64,000 nucleotides of DNA from Bugula neritina. Lineage: Eukaryota; Animalia; Bryozoa. Below, piece by piece: positions 32,328-64,000 of this stretch. The notes under the pieces are model-generated. The model was given only the letters and a program-made list of their open reading frames with translations. It was not told where the DNA came from and did no database searches. How positions within the stretch are numbered: position 1 is the stretch's first letter; every line of letters begins with the position of its first letter. The position numbers and the translations under genes were made by a program. The stretch spans positions 6,542,741 to 6,606,740 of the forward strand of contig OZ037768.1 of the NCBI GenBank assembly GCA_964035545.1, given 5' to 3'.

Positions 32328-35238
32328 ATGAATAGACTCAAACAACACATATTTCAAAGAGTTGGAAATATAGTTAAACAGCGCTTGAAAGTTCAAATCA
32401 AAAGATTCCATTTTGATGTAAATCCTGTGAAGCCCGGAAGATTGCTTATACATTCTGCAGTTAATGTGAATGTAAAGCCTGCGGCGCTTTCTATGACGAA
32501 TGCGTGTAGTAGCGTAGAAATCAAGATGTCCTCAACAACTCTCGAGCCAGCCAAGCTTGAATCAATGGATTTAGGTTTGAAAGCTCATTTAAATGTTGGC
32601 AACAATCACAATGAATTTACTGTAGAAGTCCCAGAAAGCGCAAAATTGCAACAGGAGTTGCGTCACCATCTGTGGGTGGACATTGCTATACCTCATCACT
32701 ATTGTAAGATATAAAATATGTTTTATAATTTACATTTAATAAATGAAATGCTCTTTGGTGTATAGACAGTTCATCTAACTTATACCTGTTTTAAAACCGT
32801 CTTACACTAATCTTTTAAAGTGTATGTGAATTCTCCAATAATAGTTGTTACAATAATAAACATGAGCTCACAACTGTATCAAGTGTAATCATAGTTTTAC
32901 TCTGTCAAAAGTTGGTGTTTCTATGCTTTGCCTGTATATGAAAAGCTATTAATCTTGGCAATGAAAAAATCTTGGTTCTGAAGCTCATATTTTAAGAACC
33001 TAATCTTTCCATAAGATGTCTTACAGCATTAAAAAGTATTGTGCTGCAGTCTTTTTACTTGTTATATATTTAACAAATAAGTTTTCATTATTGCCTTCAA
33101 ATATTGCATTTTTCAGCTGTGCAACTTGCGGGCTCTGGAAATCAGTCAATAGTTATTTCCAGATTAGAATGTGATTGTCTTGATATCAACATGGAAGACG
33201 GTTCATGTGAACTGCAAAGTGTTAAGGTAAGCTGCAAAATATCCTACGGCTTGTGTGGTCTAAATATTATTTCTTCTCAGCCTAATCAGCAAAGATAATT
33301 AAATATGAAATTAAATTGGTAAACATGTTTTTTCTTGCAAATGCCTCAGCTTCCCCGTGACATCAGAGAAGGTGTTAGATAAGTCGTATCTAACTAACCT
33401 GTCGACCTAAAATGTTGAGCATATGGAAACGTTGCACCAGATTATCTGTAAAGGCATTTCCTCCATGGGTTTTGTATATTGTTTTCTAATACCTCAGGCT
33501 CTCAACACCAACATTAAAGGGAAGAGTGCTGATCTAAAGATTTCTAAACCATTCACTGGAAATTTAACTGCTCAAGTGACTGATGGTGTAAGTTAGGTTC
33601 TGTTTTCAGTGCAAAATCCATCTTTCTGAATTTTGAAGCGTTTCGGATTTTTGGAAAAAAAGTCTTGAATTTATAGATTTCACCAAAGTTTAGAAATTAA
33701 GAGATTTGTTTATTTTTAGAATATTGTCGCTGATAAACTGCAAGGACAGAGTTTTTCTTTGACTTCTACGGTTGGAGATGTTGATGTTAGTTCACTGTAT
33801 GCATTCAACTCTAGCATAGAGTGTGGCTGTGGTGATGTAACAATTGGGAACTGTCATGGCAGTGTGAGTGCCTGCATTGCTGCTGGAAATCTCAACATCA
33901 GTGAGTTTATTACATTAATTTAATATTGAGTACATTTGCATTTTATCACCATGCTAAGAGTATAACACTACAGTAAGAGTGAGGGTTTTAATTTAAGGGG
34001 AAGCAACCACAATACAAATAGATATGCTCACCTGTTGACCATCGCCTCACACAAGGGTTAGTTGTGGTTGAGGAGAAAATAATTAATTTAGGTCAACGGT
34101 GCTGCGTTGTCAATTTAGGCTGAGGCCTTGGCAACCCACGACTATTGCATCAATAGAGTTCATATTGAAGAAATTTGTGATATATTTGACAATTCTTTGT
34201 AAAAAAATCAACTTCAGTTTAGCTGTTGGTAGGACCGAGCTAACTTCAATGTTATTTTGTTGTTTAAGATTTTATTTTGAATTTCTCCCTTAAATTTGAA
34301 GTTTTGTGTACCTAACTAATTACAGCATTAATGCAGTAGTAATTTTTCTTTGCAATATTTGGCAGTTGATAATATTGTTTCGTTTTCTAATTCTTCTTAT
34401 AGAGTCAGTTGATGGAAGTTTGACAGCAAAAATTGAAAGAGGGGATTTAAACATTCATTTAACTAATCATACTGAAGTTAGCTTAGTGACCACTGACGGT
34501 TCTGCTAATATTTCCATACAAGACAGCACACCCACTGAAATCATTGCCCAAACTGAGAATTTTGATGTAGATGACTCAATAGGATTAAAAATAAAATCAC
34601 GCAATACCACAACAAATACTGTGGAAGGTATGTTCCTATCAAGTGCTTTATTCACCTTACTTGCATTTGTTACTGTTGATGTGCAATTGTTCCTTAACAT
34701 TCAGGCAGCTTATACACAACGCGGGAAATCTTATCATCAATGTATACATGAACTGTTCATATAATATCATATTGTGTCACAAATTACAATGCTAGATAAT
34801 TTAATGAAATAATTTATTAACAAAAATCACATACAAAATTAGGATTGTGGGTGTCTAAATAACCTTTTCTGTACCCAATTCTTAAATATCTGGGCAAGTG
34901 GTTGTCCACTAAGCTAGCTCAGTCCAACGCTTAGTTTCACCCCCCTATCAGAAATTCACTTGGGTATGATTTCGAAGCCTGCACATGTAATCAGCTCTAC
35001 AATCTACAGCAATGAGTGTTCAACGTATTTTGGAGTTGTTCACCCTCAGTTTATCATAAATAAATGCTCCAATTTTATATAACTTGTATTTCTAGCATTA
35101 CTGGGAGTAGAAGATCCAACCCACACCCTCACCAAAAGTATTGCTGTAAAGGCAGATTCAGTTAGTGTAGATTTAATGGATTGGGTCACAGCGCAGCAGT
35201 TACAATTCTCTAAAGATCTGGAGGACTTGAAATCATAA
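32328..35238 (+). CDS. FAM185A: Protein FAM185A (DUF4097/adhesin-like beta-repeat), 6 coding exons
   Basis: Exons 32328-32703, 33117-33226, 33498-33587, 33720-33900, 34403-34627, 35096-35238 splice in frame. Motifs LQSVK, IVADKLQGQS, SSLYA..CGDVTIGNCHG..GNLNIKSVDGSL and the terminal DWVTAQQL match the FAM185A pattern recalled from memory. An acceptor at 32323 implies an upstream UTR exon. Confidence 0.85.
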
Positions 35239-35859
35239 ATATTCTGCAGAATAATATATGCAAATGAGATATACAAACCAGTTGATGTACAAATTTTAAC
35301 AATCATTATTTTGTAGTAATATTTTATATAAGGTTTATTTTTATAGATACTGTAAAATTTGTCTGTTTACTGCGAAAATGTACAGAAAATGAATTAACCT
35401 GTACAAATATAAATAATAAAATTTAGCATAATTATACATGTTCACTAGATGAGATTATAATAGCTGCAAATGTACATAATTATATAATAAATTTATATTT
35501 TTAAATAAAAACTACAATTTTTAAGACATGCAAGTCTCAAATAGTGGGCTGTGCTACAATCGCAGTGTGAAAGAAAATCAACAAAAAGCAATATTATGTA
35601 AAATTATTAGAATTGAAATGAGCAATTAGTGTACCTCTTGTTTAATGAAATAGGCTAAACTAGGACATCAATTGGAGCCATAAACGCAATAATCACACCA
35701 TTCAATCTTATACTCGTAACAAAAATATAGCTGAAATATATAGACGCATTATAAGAATTTTAAAACTTAAGTTGATTTTGAATATAAATTAAATGATATG
35801 TGTTAAGTAAGGAGAGAAGCTGTGTATCTACATTTTAATCTCGAGACAATGATAAATGA

Positions 35860-63120
<27,261 letters not shown>

Positions 63121-64000
63121 TTACTTTTTCTCTCCAAGGCTAGACCTAAAGCAATCACTCACAGAAATGAGCACTTTATACTAAAACTCTGCATGAGATG
63201 AACAGGACATCTGAACACAGCTACAGAGTATGCTAATATGTGTATTTATATAGGATATTGGCATGGCTTCCTATCAACTAACTTATCAGTGAAAGTATGT
63301 GCCAAAAAGTAGAAGAATAATTGAAAGGTGCCTGTACACTGTACAGTTACTTTTCTTTTAGTAAATAAAGAAAACAGTGGAGAAATCAATGAGAAAATTG
63401 TATTAGAAAAATATGCTTCATATAAGTGTTGCTTTAATGTTTTCCAGATGCTGATAAGTAACTTGCCAGCAGATGTGAGCTTAATCTACACTGTGGCTTC
63501 TACTAGAAAACTAACATTTGTTATTCTTGCTAATTGGTAATATAGACACAGCTAGGGTCACTCCGCATGTAGCAACTTAGTAAACTAAGGAAACCAAAAA
63601 GATTGAAAGTAGAAAACCAGGTCAGATTTAAAAAGTAGTTGCACTCACTTCAGGACATTATTATTTAATGTTGAATACAAAGTCAGTATATGACTCGAAG
63701 CTTATACCATATCATATACTTCCTCATTTAAGTTTCACCAATCCGATGAGGTATACACAAGTATCTAAAAATAGAAAGATAATAGATTTCAATAAAAATG
63801 TTACTGGTATTTTAGTCAATAGCTTACAAGTAGAGTACCTCATAGTTAAACTATGCTACTTAAAATCTGATCTTTTTTGTTTTTGGTTTAGCAAAAAATG
63901 TATCACCTGCACAAATATTATTCTAGATCAAACCACAGTTGTTTAATCAAAGGTAATGTTGTAAAAAATAACAGTAGTCAATGAATTACAACATAAGTAG

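Overview
AT-rich, intron-rich metazoan (invertebrate-like) genomic DNA. No prokaryotic features, rRNA or CRISPR were found. Left to right: (1) last two exons of an unidentified + strand gene (165-661). (2) A complete multi-exon cordon-bleu (COBL/COBLL1-like) gene on the - strand (CDS 19097->1843, probable upstream non-coding exon ending at 23576), with the Cobl ubiquitin-like region, KRAP-like motifs, C-terminal WH2 motifs and two candidate microexons (12 and 18 nt). (3) An intact, apparently very young Ty3/Gypsy LTR retrotransposon (23795-30773) between the divergently transcribed COBL-like and FAM185A genes. It has 588-bp LTRs with no difference seen by eye, an ATAT target-site duplication, a tRNA-Leu PBS, a PPT and gag-pol joined by a U_UUA_AAC -1 frameshift signal. 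(4) FAM185A (+, 32328-35238). (5) A complete par-3/Bazooka (PARD3) CDS on the - strand (63117->35860). The most unusual signals are a GC-rich ~107-nt foldback in the LTR U3 next to an overlapping E2F/NF-kB-TATA-Inr promoter, a peptide-conserved duplication and a dUTPase-like segment in Pol, an extra coiled-coil-like integrase tail, an intronic array of nine TACTAAC (branch-point/STAR-protein) motifs, a microexon inside a WH2-like motif and a perfect 25-bp intronic hairpin. Exon boundaries were read by hand from GT-AG signals and frame continuity. No database searches were run.
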